From Deferribacteraceae bacterium (GTDB taxonomy: Bacteria; Chrysiogenota; Deferribacteres; Deferribacterales; JAISNW01): 10,236 nt of DNA. The notes beneath the pieces are model-generated. The model saw nothing but the letters and a program-made list of their open reading frames with translations, made no database searches and had not been told where the DNA came from. Numbering within the stretch: the first letter of the stretch is position 1; every line of letters starts with the position of its first letter. This document shows positions 1 to 7,266 of this stretch, one piece after another. The stretch is from positions 1 to 10,236 of the forward strand of contig JAIRQX010000024.1 of the NCBI GenBank assembly GCA_031256375.1, read 5' to 3'. Both the position numbers and the translations under genes were made by a program.

Positions 1-488
1 CTGTATATGACCCGCGCGTCACCCGGAACAAAATAATCAGGCAGGGTGGCGGCTGTTTCGTAACCCAGTTTTTCATACAGAGCTCTGGTCGGTTTGTATA
101 AATCCATGCCTGATGTTGTGATATATAAATGTCTGCCGTTTTCTGAGCGTACCATATCTTCCACCGCTTTAATCAGCATTTTTCCAATTCCTTTTCCCTG
201 TAACTCTTTTTTTACAGCTATCCAGTAGAGTTCAAAGCTGCCGATAGCGCCGGGAATTGCTCCGTACACCGCGTAACCTGCCGTATCCCCTCCCTCCTCC
301 GCAAAAACAAAAAGGTAACCGCTGTTCGGGTCTTTTAGCGTTTCAGTGACAAGACTTACAGCAATAATAATCTCCTCATCCCTGAAAAAACCTGTGCCGG
401 AAATAATATTGCGCACAATCTCTTCATCAGCTTTTGTTATGGCGCTGCGCAGTTTAATATCCATAATACTTTTTTTATCAAAAGCCAT
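1..488 (-). CDS. GNAT-family N-acetyltransferase, partial; the C-terminus runs off the left edge of the window.
   Basis: Hand translation of the minus strand from the ATG at 488 gives MAFDKKSIMDIKLRSAITKADEEIVRNIISGTGFFRDEEIIIAVSLVTETLKDPNSGYLFVFAEEGG...ELYWIAVKKELQGKGIGKMLIKAVE...YETAATLPDYFVPGDARVIY. It has no stop down to position 3 and carries the acetyl-CoA-binding Q/RxxGxG motif (QGKGIGKML). The ORF track omits it because it has no in-window stop. Confidence 0.8.
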   Translation of the reverse strand, partial: MAFDKKSIMDIKLRSAITKADEEIVRNIISGTGFFRDEEIIIAVSLVTETLKDPNSGYLFVFAEEGGDTAGYAVYGAIPGAIGSFELYWIAVKKELQGKGIGKMLIKAVEDMVRSENGRHLYITTSGMDLYKPTRALYEKLGYETAATLPDYFVPGDARVIY

Positions 489-513
489 TCTATTCCTCTC
501 CTATCAAATCATC

Positions 514-1266
514 TCAAAATTTCAGATGCAGCTCCAACCCGGTGTGCCGTTCAGTAAGATTATCTTCACGCATTATCTTAAACGCTATATTTTCCGTAGG
601 GAAGATCTGAAGCTCTATTCCATAACTGTTTGTGGTGTTGTTGTCATCCCATACTTTTACACGGAAACCAAAAAATGGATCAGGACGTATCCCCAATTCC
701 AGTCCATTTATGTAAAGATAATTGTTGCTGTCCTGATGAGTGAGCAGATGCAAATCCAGTTGGTTATTTGTTATACCTCTGACTAAGTGTGAAATTGCGA
801 TTGCGGATATATCCGTATATAGATAATTGGCATATTCCGTATTATTTGCGGAAATATTGTCGTACATCATATAGTTATATATAGGGTTGGCAATATCTTT
901 CGCAAAAGCTATCAAAGATTTATCCATCCATAAAATATCATTCTCTTTACCGGCGTCAATATGTACGTTAAATATGGAATACTTCATTTTTGTATCGGAA
1001 GGATTAAAATTTGTAATAAATATTGCGGATATATTATAGTCATTAGGGATAAACGATATGTGCGGTATAAGCGTCCATACAGGCTTATCGCCTGCCAGAA
1101 AAGCTGTTTCCGGTGACAACACTATTCTTACTTTATTTATTAAACATAAAGGGGGCAGATTAAGCGGCGCATTATATATATTTTCCGCGCCGTCTGAACT
1201 AGGAGAAATTATAAGCAAAAAAGCACACGCTAATATTATGTTCAAATAACGGATGATATTTAACAA
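514..1266 (-). CDS. Putative secreted outer-membrane beta-barrel protein of unknown function.
   Basis: The 250-aa ORF has an N-terminal signal peptide (MLNIIRYLNIILACAFLLIISPSSDGAE). Its C-terminus GLELHLKF ends in Phe with alternating hydrophobic residues, a classic OMP beta-signal. The protein is rich in N, Y and I. It uses a TTG start at 1266, with a GGAGA Shine-Dalgarno about 6 nt upstream on the minus strand. It lies 34 nt downstream of the preceding minus-strand gene, consistent with an operon. Confidence 0.6.
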   Translation of the reverse strand: MLNIIRYLNIILACAFLLIISPSSDGAENIYNAPLNLPPLCLINKVRIVLSPETAFLAGDKPVWTLIPHISFIPNDYNISAIFITNFNPSDTKMKYSIFNVHIDAGKENDILWMDKSLIAFAKDIANPIYNYMMYDNISANNTEYANYLYTDISAIAISHLVRGITNNQLDLHLLTHQDSNNYLYINGLELGIRPDPFFGFRVKVWDDNNTTNSYGIELQIFPTENIAFKIMREDNLTERHTGLELHLKF

Positions 1267-1300
1267 TTTAGATCTCCGTATTTTACAAAATTGAAATGCT

Positions 1301-2224
1301 CTAATTTGCCGTAATTTCCTGCGGCAGTTCTGTGAACCATGTAGCTAAACCACGCCAGCCTGTGATATGAGCGGGTTGAAAGATGTCTTTCACCAGCAAC
1401 TCTTTTTGTCCGCCGGATATCTGAGAGGTTATTTTTTTGGGGTTTTCTATAAAACGGTATAACTGTGTAAGGGAACTACGCTGTACGCTGTCGGTTTTAA
1501 AGCGGGTGTGTATCCGGCGGTTCAGCCCTTCCATTACTTTTGCCTTTGCTTTGTTGGCGGGGGTATTCGTCTCAGCGGCAAACAGAGCTATCATCCTTTC
1601 CATAAACCCGGAGTTTTCAAAAGAAACCCATGCGCTGAGAACGGTTTTATCTTTAAGATTGCGAAGCAGATCGGAAAGCAACTGCGCATCCGCTTGGTCA
1701 ATAGTCATTTTCGTGTTCACAACGCCGAAATCGTTTAATGACATATTGTTAACCACCAAATTCAACTGTTTATCCGGACCAAGCTCGGAAGTAAAATTTA
1801 CTGAACCGGTAATACTATGATACCCCATATCGTTAAGGGGAATGTAATATCTGCCGAAAAAATCATCAATAACAGGGATATTTAAATTCCGAATGCCGAT
1901 GACGGCAAATTCCGGCAGCGGCGAACCTTTTTTTATTCCTGAAACTGTTATTCTGTCGGCTTTTGCCGCGCCTATGGAGGCATTTGATATATAAAGCCGC
2001 CTGGTTAACAGCTTATAGCTGACTTTAGACCATGACACATCATAAGGGAGCTCGGCGCCGGTTACAAATTCCCTAAGTTTTGTCTCTGCTTTGCGGTTTA
2101 CCATTATCTGAATGGCGACAAGCGCAAAAGCCAGCGCCGCAACAATAACGGCAGCGACAGCAATGAATACGGGTCGCTTCAAGATACTCTTTGTTGGTGT
2201 ATTTTGATCACCTTTTTTACTCAT
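1301..2224 (-). CDS. Hypothetical protein anchored by an N-terminal transmembrane helix, with a large extracytoplasmic domain and no recognised family.
   Basis: The 307-aa ORF has a short basic N-terminus, then one hydrophobic helix (FIAVAAVIVAALAFALVAIQIM), then about 265 aa of soluble domain. An AAGGA Shine-Dalgarno sits about 8 nt upstream of the ATG at 2224. No antisense ORF competes. Confidence 0.7.
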   Translation of the reverse strand: MSKKGDQNTPTKSILKRPVFIAVAAVIVAALAFALVAIQIMVNRKAETKLREFVTGAELPYDVSWSKVSYKLLTRRLYISNASIGAAKADRITVSGIKKGSPLPEFAVIGIRNLNIPVIDDFFGRYYIPLNDMGYHSITGSVNFTSELGPDKQLNLVVNNMSLNDFGVVNTKMTIDQADAQLLSDLLRNLKDKTVLSAWVSFENSGFMERMIALFAAETNTPANKAKAKVMEGLNRRIHTRFKTDSVQRSSLTQLYRFIENPKKITSQISGGQKELLVKDIFQPAHITGWRGLATWFTELPQEITAN

Positions 2225-2242
2225 TAAATTATCCTTATCTAA

Positions 2243-2269
2243 TCTGTCAAAAAAGTTATTTTTGACAGA
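2243..2269. promoter_or_regulatory. Perfect 11-bp inverted repeat with a 5-nt spacer (TCTGTCAAAAA-agtta-TTTTTGACAGA). Candidate operator or RNA hairpin in the divergent intergenic region.
   Basis: Read directly: 2243-2253 tctgtcaaaaa and 2259-2269 tttttgacaga are exact reverse complements. It lies 19-45 nt upstream of the minus-strand start codon at 2224 and about 25 nt upstream of the -35 of the plus-strand nfeD promoter. Each arm contains a TTGACA hexamer. Confidence 0.4.
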
Positions 2270-2294
2270 CCGTGTGCGATAGTAACAGATATTC

Positions 2295-2323
2295 TTGAAT
2301 TTTCCTAGAAAAAATGTTTTAAT
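2295..2323 (+). promoter_or_regulatory. Sigma70-type promoter for the nfeD-flotillin operon.
   Basis: The -35 is TTGAAT (2295-2300). A 17-nt spacer follows. The extended -10 is TGtTTTAAT (TG at 2315-2316, hexamer at 2318-2323). The predicted TSS is near 2330, about 17 nt before the ATG at 2347. Confidence 0.45.
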
Positions 2324-2346
2324 GCATTAATTATTAAGGGGAAAGT

Positions 2347-2865
2347 ATGCAGACTTTTTTGCTGACAGTTTTTATTTTAAGCGCTGCCGCTTTTGTAATA
2401 CAAACAGTTATGGGGCTTGTCGGCGTATCTGATGATATTGACTCAGGGGATGGGATATTCGGTTTTTTTACTGTCCGCAACGTTATAGCATTTCTTTTGG
2501 GTTTTTCCGCCGCGGGTTATCTTATGCTACGTAGTGGCTATGCCTCTTTCGCCGCCATCACGGCGGGCATTATGTTTGGTATTTTTTTGTCCGGTTGTAT
2601 GTTTCTATTGATGCGCGCCCTTATTAAACTTCAGCAGGAAAGCTCCGTTTCCCCCCGGGACTACAGCGGACTTTTTGCCTCAGTTACTGTCAGGATCGCT
2701 GCCAACCGGAAAAGCAAAGGTAAAGTGGAGCTTATTATCAATGAACGCTTGGAAGAGATGGCGGCGGTAACTGATAACGGGGAATATATTGCAAAAGGGA
2801 TGCGGGTACAGATTGTCAGGCGGCTTGAAGACGGATTCCTTTTAGTTAAAAGAGTAACAGAATAA
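2347..2865 (+). CDS. NfeD-like membrane protein (short NfeD/YuaF/YqiJ type), the partner of flotillin.
   Basis: The 172-aa ORF has three N-terminal hydrophobic helices and a C-terminal OB-fold-like segment (GKVELIINERLEEMAAVTDNGEYIAKGMRVQIVRRLEDGFLLVKRV). A GGGGA Shine-Dalgarno precedes the ATG. Its stop lies 13 nt before the flotillin gene start. This is the established NfeD-SPFH operon arrangement. Confidence 0.8.
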   Translation: MQTFLLTVFILSAAAFVIQTVMGLVGVSDDIDSGDGIFGFFTVRNVIAFLLGFSAAGYLMLRSGYASFAAITAGIMFGIFLSGCMFLLMRALIKLQQESSVSPRDYSGLFASVTVRIAANRKSKGKVELIINERLEEMAAVTDNGEYIAKGMRVQIVRRLEDGFLLVKRVTE

Positions 2866-2878
2866 GGAGAGTATAAGG

Positions 2879-4261
2879 ATGAATATTGTTGCGGTTTTGA
2901 TTTTTTTAACCATTATTGCTGTGTTTCCGGTTTTTTTAGTACTTACGAAGAGGTACAAAGTTATCCCCTCAGACAAAATAATTGTTATTTTCGGACGTGT
3001 GGGAGGCAAAAGGTCATCACTTTGCCAGCATGGCGGCGCCAGATTCATATGGCCGCTTATACAGGATTTTAGATTTCTTGATCTTACGCCGATGACTATT
3101 GACATACAGCTTGAAAACGCCCTGTCAAAGCAAAATATACGTGTAGGCGTACCTTCGCGTTTTACTATAGGGATATCCACCGATCCCACTGTAATGCAGG
3201 CTGCCGCAGAGCGTCTTTTAAGCATGAGTTCCAGAGAGAGGGAGGATAACGCAAGAGATATTATCTTCGGCCAGCTTAGGGCTACAATAGCCACGATGAA
3301 TATAGAGGAGATAAATTCAGATCGTGAGGCGTTTGAGCAGAAGATTATGGAAAATGTTGAGGTGGAACTCCGTAAGATTGGACTACGCCTTATAAATGTG
3401 AATATAACGGATATTTCGGATGAAAGCGGTTATATAAAAGCTCTTGGACGTAAAGCCGCCAGTGAGGCGATAAACCGCGCCAGAGTAGAGGTGGCGGAAC
3501 AGGACAGAAAAGGAGCTATAGGCGAAGCTGAGGCGAAAAAAGAAGAACGGATAAGCGTTGCGCAGGCAAACGCAAAGGCAGTGGAAGGGGAAAACGTTGC
3601 CAAAATCAGCATAGCCAAATCCGATGCTGCGAGGGAAGAGGCTCAGGCTGAGGCAAACCGCCGCGCCAAAGCCGCACAGCTTGTTCAGGAAGCAAAAGCT
3701 CTGGAAGAGGGTTATGAAAGTGAACGTAATGCGGAAATGACAAGAAAAGCCAGAGAAGAGGCAACTATGCAGGCAAATGTTATTGTTCCCGCTGAAATTA
3801 AACGCCAGCAAACAGTAATAGATGCCGAAGCGGAAGCGTTGAAAGTTCGGAAACTGGCGGAAGGGGAAGCCGGTAAAATTGTTACCATCGCCGAAGCCGA
3901 AGCTATGCGTATGAGGAAGATGGGGGAAGGGCGCGGTAAAGAGATAGAACTTGAACTTGCGGGACGCGCGGAAGGTCTCCGCAGTATAGTGGCAAGCGCC
4001 GGCGGCGCTCCTGACAGCGCGGCAATGCTTATGATTGTGGAAAAATTGCCTGAGATTATATCAACTCAGGTGGAAGCTATAAAAAATCTTAAAATTGATA
4101 AGATCACTGTCTGGGATTCGGGAAACGGAAAAGACGGAAACACCTCTACGGCAAACTTTATAAGCGGGCTTCTGAAGAGCTTGCCGCCGCTGCATGATCT
4201 TATGAATTCAGCAGGGATAAAACTGCCGGACTATCTGGGCAGTAAGGATGAAAAAAAGTAA
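2879..4261 (+). CDS. Flotillin-like SPFH/band-7 protein (FloT/YqiK family).
   Basis: The 460-aa ORF has an N-terminal membrane hairpin (MNIVAVLIFLTIIAVFPVFLVL), then a KRYKVIPSDKIIVIFGR SPFH-domain start. A long Glu/Ala-rich coiled-coil (EA-repeat) region follows (AEAKKEERISVAQANAKA...EAEALKVRKLAEGEAGKIV...). An AGGAG Shine-Dalgarno precedes the ATG. Confidence 0.85.
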   Translation: MNIVAVLIFLTIIAVFPVFLVLTKRYKVIPSDKIIVIFGRVGGKRSSLCQHGGARFIWPLIQDFRFLDLTPMTIDIQLENALSKQNIRVGVPSRFTIGISTDPTVMQAAAERLLSMSSREREDNARDIIFGQLRATIATMNIEEINSDREAFEQKIMENVEVELRKIGLRLINVNITDISDESGYIKALGRKAASEAINRARVEVAEQDRKGAIGEAEAKKEERISVAQANAKAVEGENVAKISIAKSDAAREEAQAEANRRAKAAQLVQEAKALEEGYESERNAEMTRKAREEATMQANVIVPAEIKRQQTVIDAEAEALKVRKLAEGEAGKIVTIAEAEAMRMRKMGEGRGKEIELELAGRAEGLRSIVASAGGAPDSAAMLMIVEKLPEIISTQVEAIKNLKIDKITVWDSGNGKDGNTSTANFISGLLKSLPPLHDLMNSAGIKLPDYLGSKDEKK

Positions 4262-4287
4262 TATGTCACCAACAACTTAAGAGATAA

Positions 4288-4316
4288 AAAAACCCGAAAA
4301 AATGCGGGATTGACGC
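4288..4316 (-). terminator. Weak candidate intrinsic terminator in the convergent intergenic region, oriented for the minus-strand transcript.
   Basis: The minus-strand RNA reads CCCG-cauuuuuu-CGGG followed by UUUUUUU, a 4-bp GC stem with an 8-nt loop. On the plus strand the same hairpin is preceded by an A-run but has no U-run after it. Confidence 0.3.
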
Positions 4317-4471
4317 AAACAAAAAGCCAGTAGGCAGACCGCCAAAGCCACGCATGGACAAAGCTGCTTTTGAGGATATAGCTTTAGCAGTTCCAGTTTA
4401 CACTGTACTCAGAATTGGATTGCTTCATCACAATGTTTCTCGTAATTGACAAGTGGAACTGCCAAAATAAA

Positions 4472-5971
4472 TCAGCGTCTTCTGCCTCTGGAATTTAAGC
4501 CGAAAAAACTCCGGAAAATGCCGGTCAGTACAGACCTTAACGCTGATTTTGCCGCGCTTTGAACAATCCCGTCACGTCTGCCTCCTCTTGGACCGGTGGA
4601 ACCGAATACAAAGTCCTTCATTTCTTTTGAAAGGGCAGTGTTTTGCCGCTGCCGCGGCGCTTGTTCGCCTTTGTCGGACGCCGGCAGTTTTGCCGCTCTG
4701 TTTTTCAGCAGCTCGTAAGCTGATTCCCTGTCAATAGCTTTTTCATACCGTCCGTAAAAAATTGAGTTTTTCAGTAAAACTCCGCGTTCTGCTGGTGTCA
4801 GCGGTCCAAGCCTTGATCCCGGGGCTATTATTGAACATTTTTGCACAACGGAGGGACTGCCTTTTTCATTCAGGAAAGAGATTAACGCTTCGCCTGTACC
4901 CAGCTCCTGAATTGCCCGTTCCGTATCAAATCCCGGGTTAGCCCGCATTGTCTGGGCGGCGGCTCTCACAGCTTTCTGATCTCTTGGGGTAAAAGCGCGC
5001 AGAGAGTGTTGAACTCTGTTACCAAGCTGTCCCAATACTTTATCGGGTATATCAAACGGGTTTTGTGTCACAAAGTATATCCCTACCCCTTTAGAACGTA
5101 TAAGGCGCACGATCTGCTCAATCTTGTCGAGCAATACCTGCGGCGCGTCCGCAAAAAGAAGGTGCGCTTCATCAAAGAAAAATACCAGCTTAGGCTGATC
5201 TATATCCCCGACCTCCGGCATACATATTGAAAGCTGTGACAGTAGCCAGAGAAGCGTTATGGCGTATAATTTAGGCGTACTATATAGCCTGTCTGCGGCA
5301 AGTATATTGATAATACCCTTTCCTGTAGCGTCAGTACGGATAAAATCTTTTAGATCAAGCATAGGCTCGCCGAAAAATCCGGATGCTCCCTGTTCGCTGA
5401 TTGCCAGCAAACCGCGCTGTATTGCGCCTGCGGAAGCGGCGCTGATATTGCCGTAATTAGTCTTAAAGCTGTTCGCGTTATCAGCCGTATATTGCGTCAT
5501 CGCCTGCAAATCTTTCATATCAAGCAGCAACATATCATTATCGCCGGCAATCTTAAATATCATCTGCATAAGACCGGACTGCACATCATTAAGATTCAGC
5601 AGACGCGAAAGGAGCAACGGTCCCATATCCGATATTGTTGCCCTTATGGGATGCCCGCTTTCGCCGAATACATCCCAAAAAACAGACGGATTTGAACGGG
5701 GCTGCCAGTCTGTTATACCAATATATTTGAGCCTTGCGTCAATTTTTTCGTTCGGGGAAGCCGCTACAGCTATACCGGAGAGGTCTCCTTTAACATCCGC
5801 AACAAAAACAGGCGTACCTATTGATGAAAAAGATTCCGCCATCTTTTGCAGTGTCACTGTCTTGCCTGAGCCTGTCGCTCCTGTTATAAGCCCGTGACGG
5901 TTCGCCATACCCGGCAACAAAAATATATCTTCAGAGTCAATGCTTCTTGCTATGCGTAAAGGCGTACTCAT
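4472..5971 (-). CDS. yjgR: HerA-like P-loop ATPase of the DUF853 (YjgR-like) family.
   Basis: The Walker A motif GATGSGKT appears in [29 protein letters not shown] Walker B-like motif [13 protein letters not shown] is also present. The length (about 500 aa) and the Arg-rich C-terminal tail fit YjgR/DUF853. The preferred start is the ATG at 5971 ([10 protein letters not shown]...), which has a GAGGG Shine-Dalgarno 9 nt upstream. The ORF track's GTG at 6043 would overlap the upstream gene and has no Shine-Dalgarno. Confidence 0.75.
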   Translation of the reverse strand: MSTPLRIARSIDSEDIFLLPGMANRHGLITGATGSGKTVTLQKMAESFSSIGTPVFVADVKGDLSGIAVAASPNEKIDARLKYIGITDWQPRSNPSVFWDVFGESGHPIRATISDMGPLLLSRLLNLNDVQSGLMQMIFKIAGDNDMLLLDMKDLQAMTQYTADNANSFKTNYGNISAASAGAIQRGLLAISEQGASGFFGEPMLDLKDFIRTDATGKGIINILAADRLYSTPKLYAITLLWLLSQLSICMPEVGDIDQPKLVFFFDEAHLLFADAPQVLLDKIEQIVRLIRSKGVGIYFVTQNPFDIPDKVLGQLGNRVQHSLRAFTPRDQKAVRAAAQTMRANPGFDTERAIQELGTGEALISFLNEKGSPSVVQKCSIIAPGSRLGPLTPAERGVLLKNSIFYGRYEKAIDRESAYELLKNRAAKLPASDKGEQAPRQRQNTALSKEMKDFVFGSTGPRGGRRDGIVQSAAKSALRSVLTGIFRSFFGLNSRGRRR

Positions 5972-5991
5972 TATAATTATCCCTCTATTTA

Positions 5992-6017
5992 AGAGCATTA
6001 TAATTTTGAAATGCTCT
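5992..6017 (-). other. Intercistronic stem-loop between the LysM lipoprotein gene and the ATPase gene: an 8-bp perfect stem with a 10-nt loop.
   Basis: 5992-5999 agagcatt and 6010-6017 aatgctct are exact reverse complements. The hairpin starts 1 nt after the TAA stop (6019-6021) of the upstream minus-strand gene. It is followed on the transcript by UAAAUAGAGGG (no U-run), then the Shine-Dalgarno and ATG of the ATPase. Confidence 0.4.
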
Positions 6018-6018
6018 G

Positions 6019-6768
6019 TTATTTGCCGTCGTAAAGGCTCCACGGTCCGCGTGTTTTGGCATGCGTTGACGCATCTTTTTTCTGACTGTCAGATGCGTTT
6101 GAGTCTATTTTAAACTTCTGGTTCGGATAGATCAGATCCGGGTCTTTTATAGATGATTTATTAGCCCAGAAGATAAGCGGCCAGAAATAAGGGTTGGCAT
6201 ATTGCCTGACGGCAATTCTCCAGAGGCAATCGCCCTTTTTAACGGTATATGAACCGGAATCCGGATTTTTATGCGTTACCGCAAGACCTTCAAGAGCGCG
6301 CAGCTCTTTTTCTATCTCTTCAAGAATCGCAGCGGCGCCCTCGCCGTCACACTCCTCTATTTTCCGGGATACTTCCTTATGCTTTGCTGTAATATGCGCT
6401 TTAGCATTAGCGAACTTTTTCTTGTCTGATTGTTTGACATTGCTTTCCAGATCGCTCAGACGTGATTTCTGATCTTTCATCTTCGCCTCGGCTTTATCAA
6501 CGGAACCTTTCATATCGTTGTATTTAGCAACATTAACATCAAAAAACCGCTTTGCTTCAAGCATAGCTTTATTGGCATCCTGAGACTTGCCCGCCTGTTT
6601 TAACTCTTTTGCTTCATTTAATTTGGCGTTTGTATCAACAAAGGCAATATCCGCGCATTTACCTTCATAATTTGCGAGTTTTTTTTGCCAATCATCATCT
6701 TTTGCAGGCTCACTCGGCACACAGCTAAATATTAGCGCAATAGCAAAACACAGTAAAAATTTTCTCAT
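6019..6768 (-). CDS. Putative lipoprotein with a coiled-coil middle and a C-terminal LysM peptidoglycan-binding domain.
   Basis: The preferred start is the ATG at 6768 ([16 protein letters not shown]...). It has a strong AAGGAG Shine-Dalgarno 7 nt upstream. The ORF track's 6786 start is a GTG. The signal peptide ends in a relaxed lipobox IFSC. The central region is K/E-rich and helical. The C-terminus [48 protein letters not shown] matches the LysM consensus. Confidence 0.8.
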   Translation of the reverse strand: MRKFLLCFAIALIFSCVPSEPAKDDDWQKKLANYEGKCADIAFVDTNAKLNEAKELKQAGKSQDANKAMLEAKRFFDVNVAKYNDMKGSVDKAEAKMKDQKSRLSDLESNVKQSDKKKFANAKAHITAKHKEVSRKIEECDGEGAAAILEEIEKELRALEGLAVTHKNPDSGSYTVKKGDCLWRIAVRQYANPYFWPLIFWANKSSIKDPDLIYPNQKFKIDSNASDSQKKDASTHAKTRGPWSLYDGK

Positions 6769-6796
6769 AAAATTTCTCCTTTTCACACATCACCGG

Positions 6797-7264
6797 CTAT
6801 CTTAGCAAAATTTGTGCCTTACTTATTAAGTCGTCCGCTTCTGAAGGTTTGCAAAAATTTATCATATTTTCGGCATCTTTCAGAAACGCGGCGGCAGCTA
6901 TTTTACCTGCGGAATCTTCCGTTTCATTCAGCCTTTGTTTCTGTTTGCTTAACGCAATCCTTACATTACCGACCCGCCCTTGAAGATTTATGTAATCAAG
7001 TTCGTTTTGATGGTATATAACATAAGCTTCTCTGTATTTCATATCAGCTTCCCGGGTTTGATTTAAAACCCTCAGGCGGTTTACTTCCTCCATTTTAGAC
7101 CGGAAATTTTTGAACGCAACCTCTGCGCACACTCCTGTCCTGTTTTTAAAATTAGCCAGATAATCCTCTTTGTCCAGATTTATTTTTGCGCAGCTGACAG
7201 ACAAAAGCGCCGCACAAAAAATGCTGACAAGAGTAAACTGAATATTATTCACTTTCGGCTCCAT
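6797..7264 (-). CDS. Putative small lipoprotein or secreted protein, an N-terminal paralogue of the downstream LysM lipoprotein.
   Basis: The signal peptide ends ...CAALLSVSC-AK. The mature N-terminus (KINLDKEDYLANFKNRTGVCAEVAF) resembles that of the neighbour ([20 protein letters not shown]). The start is ambiguous. The ATG at 7264 lies 2 nt after the def stop and has no Shine-Dalgarno. The in-frame GTG at 7252 has a GGAG 6 nt upstream. Confidence 0.65.
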   Translation of the reverse strand: MEPKVNNIQFTLVSIFCAALLSVSCAKINLDKEDYLANFKNRTGVCAEVAFKNFRSKMEEVNRLRVLNQTREADMKYREAYVIYHQNELDYINLQGRVGNVRIALSKQKQRLNETEDSAGKIAAAAFLKDAENMINFCKPSEADDLISKAQILLR

Positions 7265-7266
7265 TT

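Noticed and set aside
346-786. A 146-aa plus-strand ORF.
   Set aside because: It lies antisense to the GNAT gene (1-488) and the OMP gene (514-1266). The translation is low-complexity (IIISSSLKK...) and there is no ribosome-binding site. It is a shadow ORF.
3480-3960. Repetitive Glu/Ala/Lys-rich nucleotide periodicity that could be mistaken for a tandem repeat or CRISPR-like array.
   Set aside because: It is the coiled-coil EA-repeat region of the flotillin coding sequence. The repeats are imperfect and in frame, and no spacer/repeat architecture is present.
4354-4449. A 31-codon plus-strand ORF in the convergent intergenic region.
   Set aside because: It has no ribosome-binding site and no recognisable motif, and its length is what chance would give. 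It is kept only as a note inside the intergenic-region finding.
4511-4524. A CCGGaaaatgCCGG hairpin followed by an A/T run. It looks like a terminator for the ATPase gene.
   Set aside because: It lies inside the coding region, within the Arg-rich C-terminal tail, and upstream of the stop at 4472-4474.
5972-6043. The extended 523-aa version of the ATPase ORF, starting at GTG 6043 ([29 protein letters not shown]...).
   Set aside because: This GTG start has no Shine-Dalgarno and would overlap the upstream gene's 3' end by 25 nt. The internal ATG at 5971 has GAGGG 9 nt upstream and gives the expected family N-terminus.
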